From Candidatus Omnitrophota bacterium (lineage in GTDB: Bacteria > Omnitrophota > Gorgyraeia > Gygaellales > Profunditerraquicolaceae), in contig JAKLGJ010000002.1 in assembly GCA_022710715.1 (NCBI GenBank), positions 437,453 through 501,452 on the forward strand: a stretch of 64,000 nucleotides of DNA, in the 5' to 3' direction. This document shows, piece after piece, positions 17,929 to 26,610 of this stretch; positions within the stretch are counted from its first letter, which is position 1, and each line of letters opens with the position of its first letter. Under the pieces are notes generated by a model. It saw only the letters and a program-made list of their open reading frames with translations, was not told the origin of the DNA and ran no database searches. The translations under genes and the position numbers were made by a program.

Positions 17929-20217
17929 ATGCCGCTGAAACTGTCGGAGAATGCCCTCAAAGTGCTGGAGCGTCGCTATCTTAAGCGGGATAAAGCCGGT
18001 AAAGTTATGGAAACCCCTGAAGAGATGTTCCGGCGGGTAGCCAGGGCAATAGCCGAAGCGGAAAAGCGGTATGGCGCGTCGGAGCAAAACATCGCCGCGG
18101 TGGAGGAATCGTTCTATCAGGCGATGGTTTCCCTGCAGTTCCTTCCCAATTCTCCCTGCCTGATGAATGCCGGCCGCGACCTGGGTCAGTTAAGCGCCTG
18201 TTTTACTCTGCCGATCAAAGATTCGATGGATTCTATCTTCGAAACCCTCAAAGCCACCGCGATGATACATAAATCCGGCGGGGGGACCGGATTCTCTTTT
18301 TCGCGCATCCGCCCGAAGAATTCAGTCGTGCAGACCACCGGCGGCGTCGCTTCCGGCCCGGTATCGTTCATGAAAGTGTATGATTCGGCGACGGAAGCGG
18401 TGAAGCAGGGAGGGACCCGCCGCGGCGCGAATATGGGCATCCTGCGGGTGGATCATCCGGATATCCTGGAATTCATCGTTTGCAAAGAGAACAATAAAGA
18501 GATCAATAATTTCAATATTTCGGTGGCGATCACCGACGAGTTCATGTCCAAGCTCAAGACCGGAGAAGAGTTCAGCCTGATCGATCCTCATTCGGGCCAG
18601 CTCTACAAAAAGGTCCAGCCGAAAGAAGTCTTCGATCTGATCGTCAAGCAGGCGCATAAGAATGGAGAACCCGGTATTATCTTTATCGATAAGATCAACG
18701 CCGACAATCCCACACCGGCGCTGGGAGCGATCGAGAGCACCAATCCCTGCGGCGAACAGCCTCTGTTGCCGTATGAAAGCTGCGACCTGGGATCGATCAA
18801 TCTGGCTGTTCTGTACAAAAAATCCGGTTCCGCCTACGCGGTGGACTGGGATCGCCTGGCCGAGGTTACCCGGCTGGCGGTGCATTTCCTGGATAATCTG
18901 ATCGACGTGAACAAGTTCCCCCTGCCCGAGATCGAAGAAGCCACGCTGGCTACCCGCAAGATCGGTCTGGGAGTCATGGGATGGGCCAGCCTGCTGATCC
19001 GTCTGGGTATCCCCTACGACAGCGAGGAAGCGGTTACGCTCGCCGACAAAGTGATGTCGTTCGTCCTGGGCAAGGCGTTGGAAAGATCCAAAGAGATGGC
19101 TAAAGACCGCGGCACGTTCCCGCGGTATAAAGGAAGCACCTGGGAAAAACAGAGTATCAAGGTCAGGAACGCCACCATGACCACCATCGCGCCTACCGGC
19201 ACGATCAGCATCATCGCCAGCCCCTGTTCTTCCGGCATCGAGCCGCTCTTCGCCATCGTCTATTACCGCAACGTCATGGATAACGATAAACTGGTGGAAG
19301 TCGATCCGCTGTTCGAGGAAATAGCCAGAGAGCGCCGGTTCTACAGCCGCGAATTGATGGAAAAGATCGCCGAGAAAGGGACGTTGCACGATATCGACGG
19401 AGTTCCTGAAGACGTCAAGCGCGTATTCGTGACCGCGCACGATATCGCTCCGGAATGGCATGTCCGGATGCAGGCGGCTTTCCAGAAACACGTGCATAAC
19501 GCCGTCTCCAAGACCGTAAACTTCCCGCATGAAGCCACGCAGGAAGAAGTGCGCAAGGCGTATTTATTGTCCTATGACCTGAACTGCAAAGGTATCACCG
19601 TCTACCGCGACGGAAGCCGCGAAGAACAGGTGTTGAATATCAACCGTAAGCCGGCGACCGCTCAAGTGGTGCAGGAATCGAAACTGGAGCCGGGCAAGAT
19701 CACTCCCCGCCCGAGGCCGGAAGTCATTTTCGGCACCACTACCAAAGTCGCCACCGGCTGCGGGAATCTCTATGTGACCATTAACCTGGATGAAGAAGGC
19801 AAGCCGTTCGAATTGTTTACTCAAATGGGCAAGGCCGGCGGATGCGCCGCTTCCCAGCTGGAAGCTCTGGGAAGAATGGTGTCTTTGGCTTTTCGCGCCG
19901 GGGTGGAAGTCAAATCCATCATCGAGCAGCTGCGCAATATCCGCTGTCCCTCCCCGTCGTGGGAGAAGGGGCAGAGGATCTTTTCCTGCGCTGACGCTAT
20001 CGCGCGGGTGATCGAGCGGCGGCTGGTCAACGATAAGGTACAGATGCCGGTGATGGAAACGTCCGAAGTGGCGATGAAACATTCGCATAGCGACGATGCT
20101 GCTCTGGACAAAGGCCTTACCGGCGAGATCGTAGGCGTCTGTCCGGATTGCGGCGGCGCATTGCGCCACGAAGAAGGCTGCGTGAAGTGTCACGCCTGCG
20201 GTTATTCCAAGTGCTAG
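17929..20217 (+). CDS. nrdJ: adenosylcobalamin-dependent ribonucleoside-triphosphate/diphosphate reductase (class II RNR) with a C-terminal zinc ribbon
   Basis: 762 aa. Active-site region LPNSPCLMNAGRDLGQLSACF and TNPCGEQPLLPYESCDLGSINL. C-terminal CPDCGG...CVKCHACG. Confidence 0.9.
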   Translation: MPLKLSENALKVLERRYLKRDKAGKVMETPEEMFRRVARAIAEAEKRYGASEQNIAAVEESFYQAMVSLQFLPNSPCLMNAGRDLGQLSACFTLPIKDSMDSIFETLKATAMIHKSGGGTGFSFSRIRPKNSVVQTTGGVASGPVSFMKVYDSATEAVKQGGTRRGANMGILRVDHPDILEFIVCKENNKEINNFNISVAITDEFMSKLKTGEEFSLIDPHSGQLYKKVQPKEVFDLIVKQAHKNGEPGIIFIDKINADNPTPALGAIESTNPCGEQPLLPYESCDLGSINLAVLYKKSGSAYAVDWDRLAEVTRLAVHFLDNLIDVNKFPLPEIEEATLATRKIGLGVMGWASLLIRLGIPYDSEEAVTLADKVMSFVLGKALERSKEMAKDRGTFPRYKGSTWEKQSIKVRNATMTTIAPTGTISIIASPCSSGIEPLFAIVYYRNVMDNDKLVEVDPLFEEIARERRFYSRELMEKIAEKGTLHDIDGVPEDVKRVFVTAHDIAPEWHVRMQAAFQKHVHNAVSKTVNFPHEATQEEVRKAYLLSYDLNCKGITVYRDGSREEQVLNINRKPATAQVVQESKLEPGKITPRPRPEVIFGTTTKVATGCGNLYVTINLDEEGKPFELFTQMGKAGGCAASQLEALGRMVSLAFRAGVEVKSIIEQLRNIRCPSPSWEKGQRIFSCADAIARVIERRLVNDKVQMPVMETSEVAMKHSHSDDAALDKGLTGEIVGVCPDCGGALRHEEGCVKCHACGYSKC

Positions 20218-20233
20218 CAGACAGAGTTGTATG

Positions 20234-20262
20234 ATTGAACCAGGCCGGGAACTCGTTTCCCG
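20234..20262 (+). terminator. rho-independent terminator after nrdJ
   Basis: GCCGGGAA-ctcgt-TTCCCGGC followed by a T-rich tail (ttgttcattt). Confidence 0.55.
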
Positions 20263-20288
20263 GCTTGTTCATTTAAGCGGGTTGAAAC

Positions 20289-20447
20289 GGCCGGCAAGGG
20301 ATAGTGCCGCAGGGACGTTCGTCCGTCCCGCCGTGACGGACTCACTCGGCGTACATTCTCGCTCGTCCCTGACGATATAGCGGGGACACCCTGGCCGCTC
20401 GAATGTCCGTACGCCCTGCTTTCCTATCCCTTACCGGCCGTTGCGAC
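20289..20447. repeat. GC-rich imperfect palindromic element of about 160 bp with 16-bp terminal inverted repeats (GGCCGGCAAGGGATAG / CTATCCCTTACCGGCC)
   Basis: Terminal IRs match at 15 of 16 positions. Internal reiterated GTCCGTCCC / GTCCGTACGCCC / CGTCCCTGAC motifs. Lies in the nrdJ-mnmG intergenic region. Confidence 0.5.
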
Positions 20448-20499
20448 CGGATTACATGTGCAAGCTGTCAGATGCGCTTGATCGAATATAAGGAGTGCG

Positions 20500-22380
20500 A
20501 TGAAAACGTATGACGTCATAGTGATCGGCGCCGGGCATGCGGGGATCGAAGCCGCTTTAGCTGCAGCGCGCATGGGATGCTCGACGTTGATGGCGAATCT
20601 GAACCTGGACACCATCGGCTACATGAGTTGCAACCCGGCGATCGGCGGGGTAGGGAAGGGGCAGCTGGTCAAGGAGATCGACGCTTTGGGCGGTGAGATG
20701 GCCCGGGCAGCGGACGCCTGCGGGATGCAATTTCGTATTCTCAACGCTTCCAAAGGTCCGGCAGTGCAGTCTTCCCGGGCGCAGATAGACCGGCAGTTGT
20801 ATCTGGATTACATGTCCGGGATTGTGCGCAGCCAGCCGAACCTGGAATTGAAAAAATGCGAAGTAACCGCATTGCTGTTGGATGATAAGCGGGTGGTGGG
20901 GATTCGCACGGCTGAAAACGAAGAAATCCTCTCCCGTTGCGTGGTGATCTGTCCGGGCACGTTCTTGAAAGGGCTGCTCCATGTGGGCCTGACGCATTTT
21001 CCCGGTGGCCGCATGGGGGAGCCGGCCAGTCAGGGTCTGGCCGAGCAGCTGCAGCAACGGGGATTTGTTTTGTTAGGTTTTAAAACCGGGACCTGCCCGC
21101 GACTGGATGCCGGGACTATCGATTATTCCCGGTTAACCGTGCAAGACGGCGACGTCCCCCCAAAACCGTTTTCTTTTACCACCCGGGAGCTTCCCCGGCA
21201 ACAGGTCCCCTGCCACATCACCTATACCAATAAGAATACGCATCAGATCATTCGCGACAATCTGGCGAGATCGCCGCTGTACGCTGGGGTGATCAAATCC
21301 ACGGGAGTGCGCTATTGCCCGTCTATAGAAGACAAGATTGTTAAATTTTCGGATAAAGAACGCCATCAGGTGTTTCTCGAACCGGAAGGGTATACCAGCC
21401 CGCAGGTCTATCCTAACGGCATGTCCACCAGCCTGCCTGAAGAAGTACAGTTGAGTATGGTGCGCTCGGTGGAAGGTTTGCAGGAGGCTAAGATCCTGGT
21501 CTTCGGCTACGGCATCGAGCACGCGGTAGTGGAACCGACGCAATTGTATCCCACGCTGGAAACCAAATTGATCGGGAATCTTTATTTAGCCGGGCAGATC
21601 AACGGGACTACCGGGTATGAGGAGGCTGCCGCGCAGGGTCTGGTCGCCGGGATGAATGCCGCTTTGCGCGCTCAAGGCCGGGAATCGTTTATCCTTGATC
21701 GGGCTTCGAGTTATATCGGCGTACTCATTGACGATCTCACCACCAAGGGTACGACGGAGCCGTACCGCATGTTTACTTCGCGGGTGGAATATCGTCTCAT
21801 CATACGGGAAGATAACGCGGACCTGCGTTTGACTGAAGCGGGGTATCAGGCGGGGTTGGTCCCGGCGCAGCGGTATGAGCTGGTCAAAAAGAAAGCAAGA
21901 ATGATCAGCCGGGCGAGGGTTTTGTTGAAGACCACTTTTGTCAAACCGCAGGCGCAGGTCAATCAACTGCTGGAAAGCGCCAGGTCAGCTTGTTTGCGCA
22001 AAAAAACCAGTCTGGAAGATCTGCTGCGTCGGCCGCAGCTGAACTTCGGGCATATCCGCGCTTTGAGCGCGGCGGCGCAAGAAATCCCAGAATTCGCTTC
22101 CCAGCAAGCCGAAATTGAGGTAAAATACTCTGGTTTCATACAAAGGCAGCTTAAGGAAGTTGAACGTTTCCAGCATTTAGAGAAGATTCGATTGCCGGCT
22201 GATCTGGATTACGCGGCGGTTCCGGGGGTCTCCCGGGAAATAAAAGAGAAACTCAAGAAATTCAGGCCGATTAATCTGGGTCAGGCTTCGCGTATTTCCG
22301 GCATCACTCCTGCTGCAGTATCTATTCTAATGGTTTATCTGCGCAAGATTTCTGGCGCACAAGCAAAGCGATCTGCATGA
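20500..22380 (+). CDS. mnmG: tRNA uridine 5-carboxymethylaminomethyl modification enzyme MnmG (GidA)
   Basis: 626 aa. MKTYDVIVIGAGHAGIEAALAAARMG FAD fold and full-length GidA architecture. Confidence 0.95.
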   Translation: MKTYDVIVIGAGHAGIEAALAAARMGCSTLMANLNLDTIGYMSCNPAIGGVGKGQLVKEIDALGGEMARAADACGMQFRILNASKGPAVQSSRAQIDRQLYLDYMSGIVRSQPNLELKKCEVTALLLDDKRVVGIRTAENEEILSRCVVICPGTFLKGLLHVGLTHFPGGRMGEPASQGLAEQLQQRGFVLLGFKTGTCPRLDAGTIDYSRLTVQDGDVPPKPFSFTTRELPRQQVPCHITYTNKNTHQIIRDNLARSPLYAGVIKSTGVRYCPSIEDKIVKFSDKERHQVFLEPEGYTSPQVYPNGMSTSLPEEVQLSMVRSVEGLQEAKILVFGYGIEHAVVEPTQLYPTLETKLIGNLYLAGQINGTTGYEEAAAQGLVAGMNAALRAQGRESFILDRASSYIGVLIDDLTTKGTTEPYRMFTSRVEYRLIIREDNADLRLTEAGYQAGLVPAQRYELVKKKARMISRARVLLKTTFVKPQAQVNQLLESARSACLRKKTSLEDLLRRPQLNFGHIRALSAAAQEIPEFASQQAEIEVKYSGFIQRQLKEVERFQHLEKIRLPADLDYAAVPGVSREIKEKLKKFRPINLGQASRISGITPAAVSILMVYLRKISGAQAKRSA

Positions 22381-23357
22381 GCATTATCCTGATAGGATTT
22401 ACTCTCCTGATGAGCCTGGCAGTCGGTTGGTCTATCGGCGCCAATGACGCGGCTAATTCCCTCGGAACAGCGGTTGGTTCCAAAGTCATCAATCTGAAAC
22501 AGGGTATTGTTCTCATCTCCATCTTTGGCCTGCTGGGCGCGCTTCTTCAGGGGCAGCATGTAGCGCATACCATCGGCAAGGGCATTGTCCCTATGGACCA
22601 GTTGAACGGTTCTCTGGGATTATATGTGGCGTTAGTAGCCAGTTTTGCCGCTTGCGCCTGGGTTGTTCTGGCTACGTATTTCAAAATGCCTATTTCCACC
22701 AGCCATTCTATTGTGGGAGCGGTGGCTGGAGCAGGACTGGCTATCGGCGCGCCGGTGAAGTGGAAAATCCTGGGCGATATCTTTGTCTGCTGGATCACCA
22801 CTCCTATCGGGGCAGCGATTTTCGGATATGTCTTTTATCTTTTATTGAGAAACTTCTTCCACCGCATTATTCCCCGCAAGTTTAACCGCGTCGTTACATC
22901 CGTTTTGATCATTACCAGCGGTTGTTATGTGGCTTATTCCTGGGGGGCGAATGATGTAGCCAATGCCACCGGCGTGATCGTAGGCGCAGGCATTCTTTCC
23001 CCTACCGTAAGCGTGGCGCTCGGCGGTATTGCTATCGTTATCGGCATCGTCACCTGGGGATATAAAGTAATAGAAACTATCGGTTCGGAGATCACGCATC
23101 TTCTGCCCTTGATGGCTTTTGCCGCCCAGCTGGCCAGCGCGATCAATGTGCATGTGTATACGCTGTTCGGTATTCCGGTATCCACCAGCCATTCCATCGT
23201 GGGAGCGATCTTTGGAATCGGCCTGGTTAGGGGGGTGAGGGTGTTGAATATACGCATTATGCGGGAGATCATTTTCTGCTGGCTGGCTACGCCGTTCGTA
23301 TCGGGTGTTATCAGTTTTCTTATACTCAAAGGAATGATCACGTTTATAAAACCTTAG
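22377..23357 (+). CDS. pit: inorganic phosphate transporter, PiT family
   Basis: 326 aa. Duplicated GANDVAN-type motifs (GANDAANSLGTAVGS and GANDVANATGVIVG). Confidence 0.85.
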   Translation: MSIILIGFTLLMSLAVGWSIGANDAANSLGTAVGSKVINLKQGIVLISIFGLLGALLQGQHVAHTIGKGIVPMDQLNGSLGLYVALVASFAACAWVVLATYFKMPISTSHSIVGAVAGAGLAIGAPVKWKILGDIFVCWITTPIGAAIFGYVFYLLLRNFFHRIIPRKFNRVVTSVLIITSGCYVAYSWGANDVANATGVIVGAGILSPTVSVALGGIAIVIGIVTWGYKVIETIGSEITHLLPLMAFAAQLASAINVHVYTLFGIPVSTSHSIVGAIFGIGLVRGVRVLNIRIMREIIFCWLATPFVSGVISFLILKGMITFIKP

Positions 23358-23372
23358 TCGAGGAGGTCCGCG

Positions 23373-24041
23373 ATGAAAGAGATCCGTAATATTCTCGGTT
23401 GGTTGGGCATGGCAGAAGAAAAGTCGATCCTGGAAGGCGCGCGCAAGCATGTGGAAGAGACGTATAAGACCGTGACCTATTTTTCGGAAGCGGTCAGGGC
23501 TTTTATCGATGGTAACCAGGAAGCCAAAGCCCGGGCCATCGAGCAGGTGCGGGAAAGCGAGCATCAGGCGGATATCCTGCGTTCAAATATGGTCAGCACG
23601 CTCTCGGAAAGCTTATTGATGCCGCCGGACAGGGAAGACCTGATGCATTTTATCAAGACGCTGGATAAGATTGCCGACTGGACTAACGGTTCGGCGCGGT
23701 TACTGGGTTTTATTGAGCAAAAGTTGCCCGGGGAAATCCTGCAGAATATCTCCAAAGCCACGGATCTGATCTTTAATGCCACTGCCAGGTTGAAAGAGGG
23801 GATCAGTGCGCTGGTGAAGAATGATCTCAAAAAAGCGCTGGCTGAATGCGAAGAAGTCGCCAGGATAGAGCATGAGGCGGATGATCAGAAGAAGCTTTTA
23901 ATTGAAACGATCATTCACGCCAAGCTTGAGCCGACCAGCCTGCTGCTGACGTTTCAGCTGGCGGAGTACATGGAAGGCGTAACCGACAAGGTTGAGGATG
24001 CCGCTGATTTCGTCAAGGTAGTAGCTATAAAATCACGCTAG
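23373..24041 (+). CDS. DUF47 / PhoU-like Pit accessory protein
   Basis: 222 aa helical protein adjacent to pit. It belongs to the DUF47 family that is typically paired with PiT. Confidence 0.65.
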   Translation: MKEIRNILGWLGMAEEKSILEGARKHVEETYKTVTYFSEAVRAFIDGNQEAKARAIEQVRESEHQADILRSNMVSTLSESLLMPPDREDLMHFIKTLDKIADWTNGSARLLGFIEQKLPGEILQNISKATDLIFNATARLKEGISALVKNDLKKALAECEEVARIEHEADDQKKLLIETIIHAKLEPTSLLLTFQLAEYMEGVTDKVEDAADFVKVVAIKSR

Positions 24042-24076
24042 CGCTAAAATGCGTATCCTGATCTGATTCTGCTTGA

Positions 24077-24112
24077 AAAGGACGGGTGCCCTGCGGCTCC
24101 CGTCCTTTCTGC
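24077..24112 (+). terminator. rho-independent terminator after the pit-DUF47 operon
   Basis: AAAAGGACGGG-tgccctgcggct-CCCGTCCTTTCT. Confidence 0.55.
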
Positions 24113-24127
24113 TTCCGTCCCTTTTCC

Positions 24128-24156
24128 TTGAAGTAGAAGGGTTTATGTGTTATAAT
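24128..24156 (+). promoter_or_regulatory. candidate sigma-70 promoter for nadE with extended -10 (TTGAAG-17-TGTGTTATAAT); the transcript is probably leaderless
   Basis: The -10 TATAAT ends at 24156 and the nadE ATG is at 24167, so the predicted TSS is within about 3 nt of the ATG. There is no RBS. Confidence 0.5.
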
Positions 24157-24166
24157 CACCTGTATT

Positions 24167-24883
24167 ATGCATACGAAGATCGTTAAATGGCTCAAGCGGC
24201 AGGTGGCCGGCGCCGGCGCCCAAGGAGTGGTTTTAGGATTAAGCGGCGGCATTGATTCTTGCGTCGTTGCCGTTCTGGCCAGGAGAGCTCTGGGCGCCAA
24301 GAAAGTTTTAGCGCTTTTCTTGCCCTGCCACAGCCAGCCGCAGGATAAGAAAGACGCGCGGCTGCTGGCGCGGAAGTTCGGCATTCAGCTCACAACCGTC
24401 GATTTGACCGGAACCTACGATACACTGGTCGCCGCGTTACCCGCGGCGGATCGCATGACCCGGGCGAATATCCGGCCGCGGTTGCGCATGATCACGCTGT
24501 ATTATTTTGCCCGCAAGTTCAATTATCTGGTAGCCGGCACGAGCAATAAATCGGAGATACTCACCGGGTATTTCACCAAATTCGGCGACGGAGCGAGCGA
24601 TCTTCTTCCGCTGGGAAATCTGTATAAATCCCAGGTCAGGAAACTCGCCCGGGAGATCGGCATTCCTGAACCGATCATCGCTAAACCGCCTACCGCCGGT
24701 TTGTGGGCCAACCAGACCGATGAAGGCGAAATGGGCATTACCTATCCGGAGCTCGACGATATTTTGAGCCGGATGGAGAAGCGACAAAAGCAGGTTGTAT
24801 CCGCGGATAAAGTAAAACGGGTGAAGCTTTTAATGAAGCGCTCCGAGCATAAGCGCCTGAAAACCCGGGCCTGTCAGGTATAA
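24167..24883 (+). CDS. nadE: NH3-dependent NAD+ synthetase
   Basis: 238 aa. VVLGLSGGIDS PP-loop and GTSNKSEILTGYFTKFGDGASDLLPLGNLYKSQV. Confidence 0.85.
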   Translation: MHTKIVKWLKRQVAGAGAQGVVLGLSGGIDSCVVAVLARRALGAKKVLALFLPCHSQPQDKKDARLLARKFGIQLTTVDLTGTYDTLVAALPAADRMTRANIRPRLRMITLYYFARKFNYLVAGTSNKSEILTGYFTKFGDGASDLLPLGNLYKSQVRKLAREIGIPEPIIAKPPTAGLWANQTDEGEMGITYPELDDILSRMEKRQKQVVSADKVKRVKLLMKRSEHKRLKTRACQV

Positions 24884-24912
24884 AGCCGCAGGCAATCAAA
24901 GGGAGGCATGTC

Positions 24913-25398
24913 ATGGATGAGATTCTGGAGATTCTGGAAAAAGACGCCCGGGTTACTCCTGAAGATATCGGTCGGATGCTGAAGAAGAAACCGGCAGAGA
25001 TAAAGAAAACCGTCGCGAAATACGAGAAAGACGGCGTGATCCTTAAATATAAAGCGGTGATCAATCGGGAACTGATCAAAGACACCAACAGCCAGGTGCG
25101 GGCTTTGATCGAAGTCAATATCACTCCGCAGAAAGATCTGGGATTCGACAAGATCGCCGAGAGGGTATACTCCTTCCCCGAAGTTGCGAGCTGTTATCTG
25201 ATTTCCGGGACCTATGATCTGCTCCTGATTGTCGAGGGAAAAGATCTGCATTCCGTGGCCAAGTTCGTCGCCGAGAAACTATCCCCGATGGAACATGTCA
25301 AAGGGGTGGTTACGCATTTTATGCTTAAGAAATACAAAGAAGACGGCGTGATCCTTAAACAGAAAGAAGAAAATAAGCGCATAGCGATCTCTTATTGA
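24913..25398 (+). CDS. lrp: Lrp/AsnC family transcriptional regulator
   Basis: 161 aa, with an N-terminal HTH (DEILEILEKDARVTPEDIGRML) and a C-terminal RAM domain. Confidence 0.8.
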   Translation: MDEILEILEKDARVTPEDIGRMLKKKPAEIKKTVAKYEKDGVILKYKAVINRELIKDTNSQVRALIEVNITPQKDLGFDKIAERVYSFPEVASCYLISGTYDLLLIVEGKDLHSVAKFVAEKLSPMEHVKGVVTHFMLKKYKEDGVILKQKEENKRIAISY

Positions 25399-25402
25399 TA
25401 CG

Positions 25403-26560
25403 ATGAAAGATATTATCGCGAAAAAAGTCAAGGATATGCAGCCTTCAGGCATCAGGTTGTTTTTTGACCTGGTCCTGGGCATGGATGACGTTATCTCGCT
25501 GGGAGTGGGAGAGCCGGATTTCGTCACTCCCTGGCAGATCCGCGAGGCGGGTATTACGTCTCTGGAGGAAGGTTACACTTCGTACACGTCCAATAAAGGC
25601 TTGTATAAGCTGCGCATGGCCATTTCCCGGTACCTGAAAAGCAACTATGGGGTTGAGTATTCGCCGGACGATGAGATTCTCATTACCGTGGGGGTCAGCG
25701 AGGCGGTGGACCTGGCGCTGCGGGCGCTCCTTAATCCCGGGGACAAAGTGATCGTGCCGCAGCCAAGCTATGTTTCCTACGGCCCGGTAACGGAATTGGC
25801 AGGCGGCACGGCGGTATACATTGACACCTCCCGGAGCGGATTCAAATTGACTCCCGCAGATCTGGACAGGCATATCGACTCCAGGGTCAAAGCGCTCATT
25901 CTGAATTATCCGTCGAATCCTACCGGCGTCACCTATACCAGGAAAGAGCTGGAGGCGTTAAAAAAGATCGTCCTGAAACATAACATACTCTGTATTACCG
26001 ATGAGGTATACGGAGACCTTACCTTTGATTTTGAACACGTGCCGTTCCCCTCTTTGTCCGGGACCAAGGAACACACCCTGTATCTTAACGGATTCTCGAA
26101 AAATTACGCGATGACCGGTTGGCGGGTGGGATTCGCCTGCGGTCCCAAAGAGATCATTGCGGCGATGACCAAGATCCATCAGTACACGATCATGTGCGTT
26201 TCGATTACCGGGCAGATGGCGGCTGCGGAAGCGCTGCATATCGGCAGAAAGCCGGTGGACGAGATGAAGCGCGAATACCGACGGCGCAGGGAGTTGATCT
26301 GCGACGGGTTGTCCGAGCTGGGGTTTACCTTTTTCAAACCGCAGGGCGCGTTCTATATCTATCCTTCGATCAAGAGCACCGGCATGCACTGTCTGGATTT
26401 TGCCAGGGGATTGCTGGAGCAGCAGAAAGTGGCGGTCATTCCCGGCACCGCATTCGGCGAACGGTTCACCGATCGCTTGCGCATGTGCTACGCTTTAAGC
26501 TACGAAGACCTGAAAGAGGCGTTGCGAAGGATGAAGCTGTATCTGGAGAATAAACGATAG
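25403..26560 (+). CDS. PLP-dependent aminotransferase class I/II (aspartate/aromatic aminotransferase-like)
   Basis: 385 aa. ILNYPSNPTG and NGFSKNYAMTGWRVGF (PLP lysine region). Confidence 0.8.
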   Translation: MKDIIAKKVKDMQPSGIRLFFDLVLGMDDVISLGVGEPDFVTPWQIREAGITSLEEGYTSYTSNKGLYKLRMAISRYLKSNYGVEYSPDDEILITVGVSEAVDLALRALLNPGDKVIVPQPSYVSYGPVTELAGGTAVYIDTSRSGFKLTPADLDRHIDSRVKALILNYPSNPTGVTYTRKELEALKKIVLKHNILCITDEVYGDLTFDFEHVPFPSLSGTKEHTLYLNGFSKNYAMTGWRVGFACGPKEIIAAMTKIHQYTIMCVSITGQMAAAEALHIGRKPVDEMKREYRRRRELICDGLSELGFTFFKPQGAFYIYPSIKSTGMHCLDFARGLLEQQKVAVIPGTAFGERFTDRLRMCYALSYEDLKEALRRMKLYLENKR

Positions 26561-26610
26561 CGGCGCTGCCGCGCGGCGTCGGCGAGGACGCCAAACAATG
26601 GAGCGAACAA

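Noticed and set aside
18322-19530. 402-aa minus-strand ORF inside nrdJ. Similar long antisense ORFs lie inside ftsH (5402..5935), rnf genes, mutS (30848..31664), hydB (48349..49541, 50314..51123), hydA (51291..52004), ackA (44633..45346), dsbD (40344..41093), purU (56792..57715), and the cytochrome (57737..58981)
   Set aside because: All are antisense to genes with strong, full-length homology to well-known families. They have biased, low-complexity composition and no RBS. They are treated as shadow ORFs.
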